Source: Nitrosopumilaceae archaeon
GTDB taxonomy: Archaea > Thermoproteota > Nitrososphaeria > Nitrososphaerales > Nitrosopumilaceae
Reading direction: 5' to 3'
Length of the DNA stretch: 64,000 nucleotides
Assembly: GCA_965203465.1 (NCBI GenBank)
Contig: CBDBCR010000001.1
Span: 896,001-960,000 of the forward strand
Numbering within the stretch: the stretch's first letter is position 1; each line of letters opens with the position of its first letter. The translations under genes were made by a program, and so were the position numbers. The notes under the pieces are model-generated. The model was not told the origin of the DNA. It did no database searches and saw only the letters and a program-made list of their open reading frames with translations. Shown piece by piece: positions 1 to 10,300 of this stretch.

Positions 1-45
1 AGGCGGATCGTCGCGGGATTCTGGGCCGGCCGCGCAAGGCAGGCG

Positions 46-633
46 CTAGTTCGCGCTTTCTCCCAGATCGAAATACAGCATGTTCGGGGCGCCTTTTTTG
101 GCCGTGCGCCAGCGCTTCAGCCGCGACAGGATGCCTGAACCGGACGCGCCCGGAACGCCAGTCTTTGCGTGCACGAAGCCGATCTTTTCGTAAAATCCCC
201 CCACTTCCGGGTCGGCGCCGACCACCACTATCCTGCAGCCAATATTTTCGGCAAGATCCCTGGCGTAGTCGATGGCCCACAAGACCATGTTCCTGCCCAC
301 GCCCCTGCGCTCGTATTCTTCGTGCGTGGCCAAGTGGCTTATCACCAGCCCGGGAACCGGCCCGTACGTGTCTATGTTGAGGCGCTTTTGCTCGGTATCT
401 GGCACGTGGGCTGCCGCCAGCACGATGTACCCCACAATCCGGCCTTCGTGCATGAAGGCATAAGTCCGCCCCATGCCGACGCTTTGATCGTACAGCGCGC
501 TTACCCGCAGATACTCTTCAAACTCCGGATCGGAGCACCTGAAATCCCCGAGATTCTCGGTCCCGGTTATCTTTTGGGGACAGAGCTGGTCGTGCCCGAT
601 AGGTTCGCGCGCCAATTCACACCCCCGCAGCAC
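46..633 (-). CDS. GNAT acetyltransferase, TacT/AtaT-like toxin type
   Basis: FRCSDPEFEEYL N-terminal motif, PGLVISHLAT, acetyl-CoA motif ERRGVG, GCRIVVV, FYEKIGF. Confidence 0.8.
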   Translation of the reverse strand: MLRGCELAREPIGHDQLCPQKITGTENLGDFRCSDPEFEEYLRVSALYDQSVGMGRTYAFMHEGRIVGYIVLAAAHVPDTEQKRLNIDTYGPVPGLVISHLATHEEYERRGVGRNMVLWAIDYARDLAENIGCRIVVVGADPEVGGFYEKIGFVHAKTGVPGASGSGILSRLKRWRTAKKGAPNMLYFDLGESAN

Positions 634-666
634 GACAAAATATGCGCCGGGGCCGCCCGCGGGCGG

Positions 667-825
667 CTAGTCGCGGCGAACCGCGTCCGGCACTTTGGTG
701 TGCTTGGACCACTTTCTGGCCTCCTTCATAATCTCCCTCTGCTTGGGGGTCTGGCCTTTTTTCAGGTTCTCCACCATGGTCTTCCACTCTTCCGAGCTCA
801 GGGGCTTGGGGTACCTCAATACCAT
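667..825 (-). CDS. 52-aa putative antitoxin upstream of the GNAT gene (not in ORF track)
   Basis: Translated by hand: MVLRYPKPLSSEEWKTMVENLKKGQTPKQREIMKEARKWSKHTKVPDAVRRD; same strand just upstream of the toxin; paralog at 30655-30803. Confidence 0.65.
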   Translation of the reverse strand: MVLRYPKPLSSEEWKTMVENLKKGQTPKQREIMKEARKWSKHTKVPDAVRRD

Positions 826-2059
826 GCGCCGGCCCCGGAAGCGTTCTTTTTTATGTGTATGCCGGCCCGGCGCTGGAACTTAGGCGGACCTAATTTCGAT
901 ATAAGAGACGGCCCGGCGCTGGAAAAGGCAAGGCAGGCACGGGCGCCGAGATCCGCGATGGGCTGCGGGGCATCCGGGTTGCCAGGTTGCGAATGCGCGG
1001 GCAGGTCGCCTGAACGGGCCCGCCGCTTCAAGAGTTATAAGGCACTAAGGTACCCTACGGTACGAAATGAGAACCAACAGGCGCCACCATACGGTCTCCC
1101 GCTTCTACCTGAAGGTAACTGTTCACGTAGTGCCTGAATTTTCACCCCTTGGTGAATTTTTTTGACAGCAGCGATCTAAATACTAGTACGTTTTACGCCA
1201 GCCGTTGGATTGCAGGGAAGCGACCCGCAAGTGCGCCGAGTGGAAGCACAAGTTCAAGGGGGCAAGGACCGAGCTGCAGCAGGTCAAGATGCGGCTGAAC
1301 GTCGAGACGGACAGGGCCGACCGGGCCGAGCGCGACAAGCTGCGCTCGGATGCCGAGAATGCGCTCCTCAGGCAGGCGCTCGAAGACGAGAGGGAGGCGA
1401 GGCTCAAGTCCGACGACAGGTCGGCGCGGCTCGCCCGCAGGGTGAAGGAGCTGGAAAAGATCAACAAGATCCACGACAACGCGCACACCCCGTCGTCCAA
1501 GATGACGTACACCCAGAAAATGATCGCCGCCAAAAAGAACAGGGACAGGCCCAAGTCCGGCAGGAAGCAGGGCGCGCAAAAGGGACACCCGGGCAAGACC
1601 AGCAAGCCCGAGCCCACCGAGTTCGAGGAGCACACGATGAGCGAGTGCCCCAACTGCGGGTCCGACAGCATAAAGAACACCGGGCAAAAGACCCGCAACG
1701 TCACGGAGTCTCCTCCCCCCGCGAAGCCGGTCACCACGCGCCACACGATAAACGTCTACGAATGCTGCCGGTGCGGCCAAAAGGGCATGGAGCCCGACGC
1801 CGGCCTGCCGAGCGCCGGCGAGCTGGGCCGCAACGCGTGCGGGCGCGTCGTGAGCAACTTCGACGACCGCCTGACGCACAGGATGAACGCCCGCAGGATG
1901 GGCCGGGACGGCCTGGCGGTCTCCGTAGGCACGGTAAGCAACGTGCTGGCCAGGGCGGGCCGCAACATGAAGCCGTTCGTCGAGGCCATGATCCTGGCCA
2001 TGCAGCGCGCCGGCGTGCTGCACATCGACGAGACGTCGTTCAAACTCAATCCATGTGCC

Positions 2060-2215
2060 CTACCTATAAGACTTGCACTCTAGCCGACGCCTAGCAGTCT
2101 ATAGCATACGCTCAGTGACGTTCCTGGCCTCCACGGCCCGTAGATGAAGTTCGGACAGTCATCCATTCGAGGCGATGCTTCCATCCCTCAGGATCATTCT
2201 TCATCCCTTTGTCAG
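2060..2215 (-). ncRNA. Candidate bridge/seek RNA in the IS110 downstream non-coding end
   Basis: AT-rich TATA-like TATTTACATAATAT after the stop, then nested stems GATGAAG/CTTCATC and CTATAGACT/AGTCTTATAG with internal loops; function inferred. Confidence 0.45.
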
Positions 2216-2254
2216 GATATTATGTAAATACAGGGCCGGGGCCTAGGGTTTCCC

Positions 2255-3292
2255 CTAGCCGCCACTGAGTTTCCCACAACTTAATTCCTGACCGTAATTC
2301 GGCACGAACGCCCGGTTTTCCCTGAGCATCCAGTAAATCGTCTTTAATATTTTCGCGGCGGCGGCCACCGCCGCCTTCGCCATCCCCCTCTTCTCCGCAA
2401 GGCGCCTGTAGAATATCGAAATGTCGGAGTCTGGCGCGTAGCGCACGTGCGCGTGCAGGCACTCGGTCAGCACCCACCTCAGTATGGAGCTGCCGCGGTG
2501 GGTTATCGGCCCGTAATGGACCGCGTCTCCGGACGATCTTACGGACGGGACCATCCCCGCGTAAGCGCACAGCTTTGCCGCGCGCACGAACCTGCCGATG
2601 TCGTCGATCTCCGAGTCGATCACGAGCGCGGAATAGTCGCCTATGCCTGGGATCGTCTTTATGATCTGCGCGGCCGGGCTCTGCTTCACCGCGTCGCGTA
2701 TCCTTCCGTTCATCCTCGCAATCTGGAGGTTGAGGGAGTCTATCAATTCCAAGAACGCGTTTATCCTGTAGTTTTCGAGCGCCCGGACCTGCCTGATCCA
2801 GCCTTCGCTGAACGGGGTTCCCTTGGGCCGCACGTGCGACTGGAGCAGTATGGCGTGTATGGAGTTTTTCATGGCGGTGCGCGTGTGCGTCAGTTTCTGG
2901 CGGTGGCGCACCAAGTCCCTGTTCTTCATGTTGGTCTCCGACGCCACGTGGCATGTGGCCAGGTACCCGCCCCTCCCCATGTCGGCCAGGGTGAACGCGT
3001 CCACCTTGTCGGTCTTTTTCTTGGACTCTGCGATCACCCTGTTCAGGTACGGGTTCGTCAGTTTCACGTCGAGCCCGAGATTGTCGCGTATGTAGAAAAA
3101 CGTCGCCTTCCACACCGACGACGATTCGAGGAACACCTGCGCGTCCTTCGGGATGTCCTTCATCGCCTTCCCGATGGCTTCGGGGGTGTTCGGTATGCTT
3201 CCGTTGCCTATCTCGCTCCCTCCCTCCGTCATGCAGCATATCTGTATGGTCTTTTTGTGTACGTCGAGCCCGACGAATTTTACGTCCATCAT
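2255..3292 (-). CDS. IS110 DEDD recombinase/transposase, apparently intact
   Basis: FVGLDVHK, FLES, KTDKVDA (DEDD); IPGIG and PSVRSSG in the C-terminal domain; start taken at MMDVKF. Confidence 0.92.
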   Translation of the reverse strand: MMDVKFVGLDVHKKTIQICCMTEGGSEIGNGSIPNTPEAIGKAMKDIPKDAQVFLESSSVWKATFFYIRDNLGLDVKLTNPYLNRVIAESKKKTDKVDAFTLADMGRGGYLATCHVASETNMKNRDLVRHRQKLTHTRTAMKNSIHAILLQSHVRPKGTPFSEGWIRQVRALENYRINAFLELIDSLNLQIARMNGRIRDAVKQSPAAQIIKTIPGIGDYSALVIDSEIDDIGRFVRAAKLCAYAGMVPSVRSSGDAVHYGPITHRGSSILRWVLTECLHAHVRYAPDSDISIFYRRLAEKRGMAKAAVAAAAKILKTIYWMLRENRAFVPNYGQELSCGKLSGG

Positions 3293-5858
3293 GCGGTCGG
3301 AAAAATTTTCCCTAATTTTTTTGTTTGCGTTTGCCTTGGCGGGCCGCCTTCGGCCGGCGGCCTTCGCGCCAGAGGGCGGCGACGGCCTCCCAGCCCTGCG
3401 GGCCGGCCCTACCCGGACCGGATGCCCCTTGTCGCAGGAATCATCTGAATCCCTCCCTTGCCGCACATAGGATTACGGCGAGCTCGTCTGGGTGTGGATC
3501 TTCCTCGACCCTCTGACGGGCAACTCGCTGTTCGTGGTGCGCCCGAGCAGGGGGCGCGACGTGCTGCGCGACGTGCTGCCCGGATTCAGGGGAGTGATCG
3601 TCTGCGACGGGTGGAGGTCGTACAACGGGTGGAGGCGCCAGCGCTGCTGGGCGCACATCCTGCGCGAGGCCAGGTACCTGCTCCGGGCGCACCCCGACAG
3701 CGCGGCCGCGCGCGACATACTCGAGAGGCTGCGCGGCGTCTTCGAGACCGCGTGCGGCGCGTCCGGAAAGCGCATGAGCAAGGCCAGGCGCGCCCGCGTC
3801 CGCGCGGCGCTGCTGGGCCACGTGCGGCGCATCATAGACGACAACTGGGGCAGCTCGGTCTCGCGGCCGTTCCTCGGCAAGCTGGAAGGCGCGGCCGACG
3901 ACCTGTTCGCGTTCGTGCTGGACCCGCGCATACAGCCGACCAACAACGCGGCCGAGCGCGGCCTGCGCGAGATAGTCATCCACCGCAAGATCCGCGGCAG
4001 CCTCAGGGCGGAGGAGAGTATGGAGATCTACGGCAACATCTTCACGTGCATCGCCACCTGGAAGAACCAGGGCCTGGACTACGTGAAGGAGCTGCTGCCG
4101 TACGCGTAAACGGGCCTAAACGACGTGAACAGTTACACCTGAAGTATTTTGCCGCCGCCGACAAGGTCATGATTTACCAGTTTGACAAACTGAAAAACGA
4201 ATGCGTGCGCACGGACGTCGACAACGTCGACGTCCACCGAGATTTCTACCTGGAAGAGATCCTGTCGCAGTTTGAGACCGTGCAGGCGCCGTCCATGCGC
4301 AGGCTCATCAAAGGCAAAAGCTACTACGCCCTCGGCGAGACGGATCGATACAACGTGCGCCTTTTTGTCAAACACATGGGGGTGCGGACCGAACAGGCGC
4401 GGTACGACATCCTGCCCCTGGCAGGCCAGCTTGCCAGATACTCGCCCGCAAGCAAGATCCCAGATCCGCGCCACGCGCAAAACGACATGATCCGGGACGG
4501 AGACGCGCTGCGAGAGATGCATTTCACCGTGGTAGAGAACAAGACCGGCGTGCCGTTCATCACGTCGGACAACCCGGTCGCTGATTTCCTCATCGAGTCC
4601 CACCTGCCGCTGACGCCGGAACTCAGTCTTGCGCTTCACCACGGAGGCGTTTTCAAGAAAGCCGAGCGCGTGGAACTGCGGGACGAAAGGCACGTACGCT
4701 ACCAAAACCTCGTGCAGCTGTGCAACGCCGGCAGGTTCGCGCACTCTCGGTCTGAATTCTGGCCGAGCCGGGAAACGCTCGACGTGGCGCGAAACTGGAG
4801 AAAAGTCAGCAGGTACGGCGAGCACAATTTTTGCAACGCCCGCTGCGTCAAGCCCCGGTCGTTGCCGGGCGCACTGCCGTACGAATTCGATCTGCTAAAC
4901 CCCGGCGACGCGCGGCTGCTCAGGGCCGTCCGAGACGGGACTTGGTTTGGGCGCTGGTCGCAGGACTATGTGGTGTTTCGGATGCTGCGGGCTGTCCTGC
5001 TCGAGCGCAGGCGCGCAGGCCAAATGCCGGCGCGCCTGCCCGGGTGGGGAAGCGCGGGCACGAGAGGCCTCGGAAACTCAGCAACGGGCAGGCTCGCAAA
5101 ATGCGGCGCGGACCTCTGGAATCTCGGGACTCGCTTTGGATAGCGGGGCGCGCCGCGGGGGCCGCCTGCCGTAGTCTGTAGGTACCCGTAGTTAAGCGGA
5201 CGGGCGCGCCGCCTTTTCCGGAGCACACCGCGTGTGTGCCCAGACCGCCACGCTGTCGCGCACGCAAGCCGCTTGGCACGGCATCTCGCATATCCGAATG
5301 CCTCGCGAGTTCGCCTCTATGGCCGACTCTGGAAGGAGCGCGGTGTCGCTCCAAGGGGCCTTCGGGCATGCAAACGACCTCCGTCCTTGCGGCCACGGCC
5401 CCGTTCAGGTTCCGCATATCGGGCCAAAGACCGCCTGCGCCAATGCGCGGTACTCTAACGGAGACATGCCCTCAACAGGGGCCGGTCCGCCCGAGAGCCG
5501 GGCGCGCGCCTCGAGCCGGATGCGGCGCCTACAGAGCGCGGCGCCCGCGCCGAATCCTGGGACTCAAAGTCTACTGCCGCGTCTATGTGTCGGGCAACCC
5601 GCCGATCCGAACGGAGAATTCGCCTACGGATAAAACCTGCGCGTCTGCGAACTCCTGTCCCATCCGACCAAACGATCCAAATCGCCCAAGTGGTGCCCTT
5701 CCTCTTTGTGGACACGCATACCGGCAGATTCAAAGCTGCGCGACAGTCGCAAACAACGATCGCTCAATCCGTAACACAGATATGACCACGCTTTTTTAAT
5801 TATCATGCGGTATGGGTTCGGCGTTCGGTATATATGTATAGCGATCGCGGCGTTGCGT

Positions 5859-7032
5859 TCTATAGTCCCAAAAGTAGTCCACCCCCCCGCCAGAGGGGAA
5901 GCCGCCCGGGGCGCTACTGGAGTGGAAATGGAGGTGGGTGGGTGTGACTGGCCGCCGGTTTGAGGCATATAGGGCCAAGCCGCGCGTGCAGGCCGTGAAG
6001 CGCCTCAAGGAATCGCAGGTGAGGTGGTTAGTCCGGGAAAAGTGCAAGGGCAACCGGGCCAACGCCGAAATCGCATCTGCCATGAAGGTGTCCGTCTCGT
6101 GGGTGCAAAAGATCGCCAGGCGGTACCGGGGAGTCCGGCCTGCCGACATAGTCCATTTGCTGCCCATGGGCAGGCCGGCATCGACGCTGCTCGGCAGAAG
6201 GGAGCACTCGGCCGTCCTGTCCGCCAAGGAACGGCTCAGGCACGGGGCAGGCAAGATCGAGGGAGAGATCGGGAGGCGCACGGGAATACATATCCCGCAC
6301 AACGCCGTACACGGGGTGTTGCGGGACGAGGAACTGGCCGAGAGGAATCCGAAAAAGAGCAGGAGGCGCAAGTGGGTCAGGTACGAGCGCAGGTACTCAA
6401 ACTCGATGTGGCACACGGACTATGCGGAGCTTACGGATGGAAGCTGGTTCCTCGCTTACATGGACGATGCTTCACGTTACATCACCGGATATGGAATATT
6501 TTCCAACGCTACCAGCGCCCACGCCATCGAGGCGCTGCGCGAGGCGGTGGCCAAGCACGGCAAGCCGGCCGCCATACTGACGGACCGCGGGGCGCAGTTC
6601 TACGCCCACGAGTCGGAGGGCAAGAAGCGCGGCAAGACCGAATTCCAAAAAGAGCTCGACCGGCTGGGGATCCGGCACATACTGGCCCGCGTCAACCACC
6701 CCCAGACCAACGGCAAGCTGGAAAGGTTCCACCGGGAGCTGAAAAAGCACCTGCCGTCTTTCGAGGCAGAATCGGCCATGTCGCGCGCCGGGCGGAAGGT
6801 CTCCCACGTCGGGGGCCCGTTCCACACCCTCGGTCCTCAAGACCCCATCGAGATGCTGATCGACTGGTACAACAACGATCGGTGCCACGCCTCCCTGGAC
6901 GTAGACTCGGGCGAGACGCCAGCTGGGGCGTTCGCCAGGAAGATGGCCCCCAAGGAGGTGTCTTTGGCTGATGTTGAGGCCGAGGAAGGCGCTCGGTGAG
7001 GGGGGGGGGGTGGACTACTTTAGGATACTACA
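5859..7032 (+). mobile_element. IS481-family element
   Basis: Imperfect ~29-bp TIRs (...AAAAGTAGTCCACCCCCCC); right end ends in ACA; 15-bp direct repeat ATCGCGGCGTTGCGT at 5844-5858 and 7033-7047. Confidence 0.88.
5938..6999 (+). CDS. IS481 transposase (HTH + rve integrase core)
   Basis: WHTD, MDDASR, LTDRGAQF, HPQTNGKLERF. Confidence 0.92.
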   Translation: MGVTGRRFEAYRAKPRVQAVKRLKESQVRWLVREKCKGNRANAEIASAMKVSVSWVQKIARRYRGVRPADIVHLLPMGRPASTLLGRREHSAVLSAKERLRHGAGKIEGEIGRRTGIHIPHNAVHGVLRDEELAERNPKKSRRRKWVRYERRYSNSMWHTDYAELTDGSWFLAYMDDASRYITGYGIFSNATSAHAIEALREAVAKHGKPAAILTDRGAQFYAHESEGKKRGKTEFQKELDRLGIRHILARVNHPQTNGKLERFHRELKKHLPSFEAESAMSRAGRKVSHVGGPFHTLGPQDPIEMLIDWYNNDRCHASLDVDSGETPAGAFARKMAPKEVSLADVEAEEGAR

Positions 7033-7120
7033 ATCGCGGCGTTGCGTGCCCGTACCCGACAAACACGGGCAGTTTGCCGGAGCCAAATACGGCGATGTCT
7101 TTGACACCGCGCGTATCCAA

Positions 7121-7138
7121 TGTATGCTAAAGCATACA
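7121..7138. promoter_or_regulatory. Palindrome TGTATGCT-AA-AGCATACA, possible operator
   Basis: Perfect 8-bp inverted repeat about 200 bp upstream of the STAND gene. Confidence 0.3.
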
Positions 7139-7333
7139 ATAACATCTGATGAATAGTATCAGGCCGCCAGATTGGCGGCGCGTCCGGCGGGCGCTAACCG
7201 CACGCACCCGTAGCAAAACTCCGTCGTCCGCATCTTGCAACGCAGCCTGGGCATCAAGCACTGCGCGGCGGGCTGACGCCTGGGGCATCCGTCCCAACCA
7301 AGTACGGGGGCGGTACCGTATATAAAAGTATAA

Positions 7334-10300
7334 ATGCTTGCTCCTCGGCGCCGCTACGTGGACGAAAAATCCGGGGCGCCCGACAGGATCGAGGAATGCG
7401 ACGGCGGGGGTTTTGTAGACCTGGCATCAAAGAAAATACCGAAAATCGAGAGTTCGTGCGACGAATTCAAAGAGTTGGCGTACGCAGAACGGGTTGAAAC
7501 GCTGGACGGGTTGGACGGCAGACGGCTCGCCTTTGAAAAGAGTAGAAGGGCCGCATCACGCAGGCAAGTTGCCAGGGCTGTCTGCGCTATGGGAAACAAG
7601 GACGGGGGCTTTGTGCATCTGGGCGTCCGGCGCGACGGAACTGTAGCGGGCTTGGAAAAAGACATGGCGCTGCTCGGCTTTACAGACTACGAAGACCAGA
7701 TGTGGAACCACATAATTGATTCAATAAAGAACCTTGTCAAGGACGACGCGTTCGTCTCGACAAAGATCCGGGCGGGTTTTCGAAATATGGGCGGCTCCAC
7801 GATCTGCATAATCCAAGTCCTGCCGTCTGACATGCCGCTATTCTTGCACGGTTCCAAGAACAAAGAGTTCTACGTCAGAGGCCCGGGGCCCCGCTCTGGC
7901 ATGCTGAAAGGCCCGAGCATGGAGAGGTATATCTTTGGTCGGTTCCGCGTAGTCTGCGACGGGGGAGGAGTCCTGCAGAGTGTCTCGGACATCGCGCGAA
8001 AGATGGACCGCCTCAGCAGGGGCACCATCAGCGGCATTTCCACGAAAATACGCAGGACGGCAATACCGTTCGGGGATCGCGTCTCGGAGCTGGAAAGGGA
8101 CCTGGTAGAAAGCGGCAAGGTGGCGGTCATCGGAGAAAGGGGATCGGGCAAGAGCGTCCTGCTGTGCCACGCCTACGGGCGGCTCGCCGCAAACCGGCCG
8201 GCGTTTTTCGTAAGATGCGACCAATACCTGGGCGTCGAATCGTTTGAAGAGCTGGACAGAAAGATAATGCCGGGGCGGAGTTTCACGGACACCGTGCACG
8301 GCGTAGCAAGGCACGCGCCGCCGGTGATAATTTTCGATTCCGTCGACGCGATCGGCAGGAACAAAAAAACCATGGACGCCTTCCAGTACATGCTGAAAGA
8401 GATTTGGGGGAACGACAGAATCAGCACCGTCATCTCTGTCCGAAGCTACGACTACGAGTATTCGGAGATCATAAAAAAGACAGACTGGGGGAAGGAATAC
8501 GCCATGAAGCCGCTCGCCGATTCCGAGGTAGAGGCGGTGCTCTCGGATCTGGGCAACCCCAACGTGCCCGACGAACTGAGGGGCGTGCTGCGCAACCCGT
8601 TCCGCCTCAACCTCCTGGCCCTCATACTTGGAAAGGCGCCTGACGCTGACTTTGCGGATGTGCGGCACGAGGCCGATCTGTACGATAAGCACTGGGACGA
8701 GTGCGTGGAAAAGACGGACGGGCCCGCAGAGGCGCGGGGCGTCCTGTACAGCGTCTCCCAGAAAATGCTGGAAACGCAGCGGGTTTCGGTACAATACGAC
8801 CACTTTGGGGATCCGGGCCAGATGGCCCAAATCTGCAGCGGCAACGTGCTCGTTAGGAATCGGGGCTCGCTGGAATTTTTCCACCACGCGTACCTGGACT
8901 ACGTGGTGTCCAGGCTCATCCTCGAGGGCAAGGGCGTCGTGGACTTTGTCTCAAAAGACAAGTACAACATGTTCCTGCGGCCTACGATCGTCTTCGCCCT
9001 GTCGCTGCTCCACAATCGTGATCCGGCGCGGTTTACCAGCACGATGGAGCGGATGCTACAGTCGGATCTAAAGTACTATTGGAAGATATCGGCGCTTACG
9101 GCCATGTCGCAGATCGGCGGCTTGGAGGGGCAGGACTTTTCCAAGATCGGCGCTCTGCTCACCGGGGAGAAAATGCTGCAGAGGCATTTTCTAGCGGAAG
9201 CCGCCAAACGGGCCAACCCGTTCTGGTTCGAGCTGTGGAAAGGCACCGCCTTTGCAGAGTGGATTTCGGATCCGGGCATAAACGCCTATTTCCTGATGGG
9301 CTATCTGCGGTCGATCGCGGACAAAGTCGACGGCGAAGACCTGTTCCGTGCGATACAAAAGATCGTCGGACGCCTGGGCAACAGTTCCGCCCAGCGACAC
9401 GCGGTGGAACTGGCGGCCGGGATCGACGCGAGCGGGAGGGCGGACTGGATGTCCAAGATGGCTACCAACGAGCACGTGCACGTGCGGGCGGGGCTGGCAG
9501 AGTCGCTCCCGAAACTGCTCGATGCGTGCCCCCAAGCCGTCCCAGGCATATTCTGCGACCTGTTTACGTACGAGGAAAAGTCAAAGGAAAAGACCACCGC
9601 CGCGTCGTACGGCACGTTCAGCCTGACGAGCAGCCTGCGTCAGGAGAACATGATGGTGGTCTGGCGGCTGGGCGAGTTGTTCCCGTCGCTGCTGGAAAAA
9701 GACCCGGCCCGAATGGTACGCGCAGCCGTGCGGCTTTTTGAAGGGATGTACTCTTTCGAACTGAAGAGACGGGAAGGGCGCATAGTGGAAGGCGGCGCAA
9801 AGTACTCGATGCACGGTTTGGACGCGCAGAGCAAGATTCTCAAAAGCGTCAAGGAACACATGGCCAAGTGCGACGCAAAGGATCTACGCGAGCTTGCCGC
9901 CGTCGCTGGCGGCACCAAGCTGGCCGCGTTCCGCTCCATTAGGATGGACGCCATGGTGTCCAAGAAGGAAGAGTTCCTGCAGGAGATATTAGACGACATA
10001 TCCGACCCTCAAGTCTACGATGTGGGTTCCATGACGGACAGCGTCCGCGCGGCCATCAGCGCCATTTCGGACAGGCTGGACAAGGATCAGACGCGCCGCC
10101 TGCTGGACACAGTCATGGGCATACGCCCCCCTGAAGGAAAGCGCGAAGCTTGGAGGGCCGAGGCGGCGCTCAGGCGCAGGGCGGAGTTTCTGTCCGCGTT
10201 CCCGCGCGACGCGCTGGAGCCGGAGCACCTTGCCGTCTTGGACAGCCCTCCCCCGGAGCGCCGCGCGCCCGAAATAACCTACGAGCTTGCAAAGCGGGAA

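Larger units (their letters stand above)
2049..3474 (-). mobile_element. IS110-family element inserted in the IS66 transposase
   Basis: Removing it restores ...FKLNGELVW..., matching FRLDGKLVW in the second IS66 copy; imperfect end IRs AATCC(T)ATGTGC; no TSD. Confidence 0.85.
1205..4109 (+). pseudogene. IS66 transposase split into 1205-2048 and 3475-4109
   Basis: Coiled coil, GAQKGHPG, CPNC zinc finger, HIDETSF, CDGW, QRCWAH, TNNAAERGLR. Confidence 0.9.
1115..4136 (+). mobile_element. IS66-family element (single-ORF, ISBst12-like), interrupted by IS110
   Basis: TIR GTAACTGTTCACGT at 1115 and its reverse complement ending 4136; 8-bp TSD ACCTGAAG at 1107-1114 and 4137-4144. Confidence 0.92.
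1067..5143 (+). pseudogene. DUF4238-family gene split by an IS66 insertion (pieces 1067-1114 and 4145-5143)
   Basis: MRTNRRHHTVSRFYLK (HHxVxxFYL motif) joins in frame to YFAAADK... after removing the IS and one TSD; FITSDNPV motif downstream. Confidence 0.8.

Noticed and set aside
3458-5143. 561-aa ORF as one protein
   Set aside because: Chimera of an off-frame IS66 read-through and the 3' part of the DUF4238 gene.
5144-5843. Several overlapping short ORFs
   Set aside because: No recognisable motifs and GC-driven Arg/Ala/Pro composition; probably non-coding or heavily decayed.
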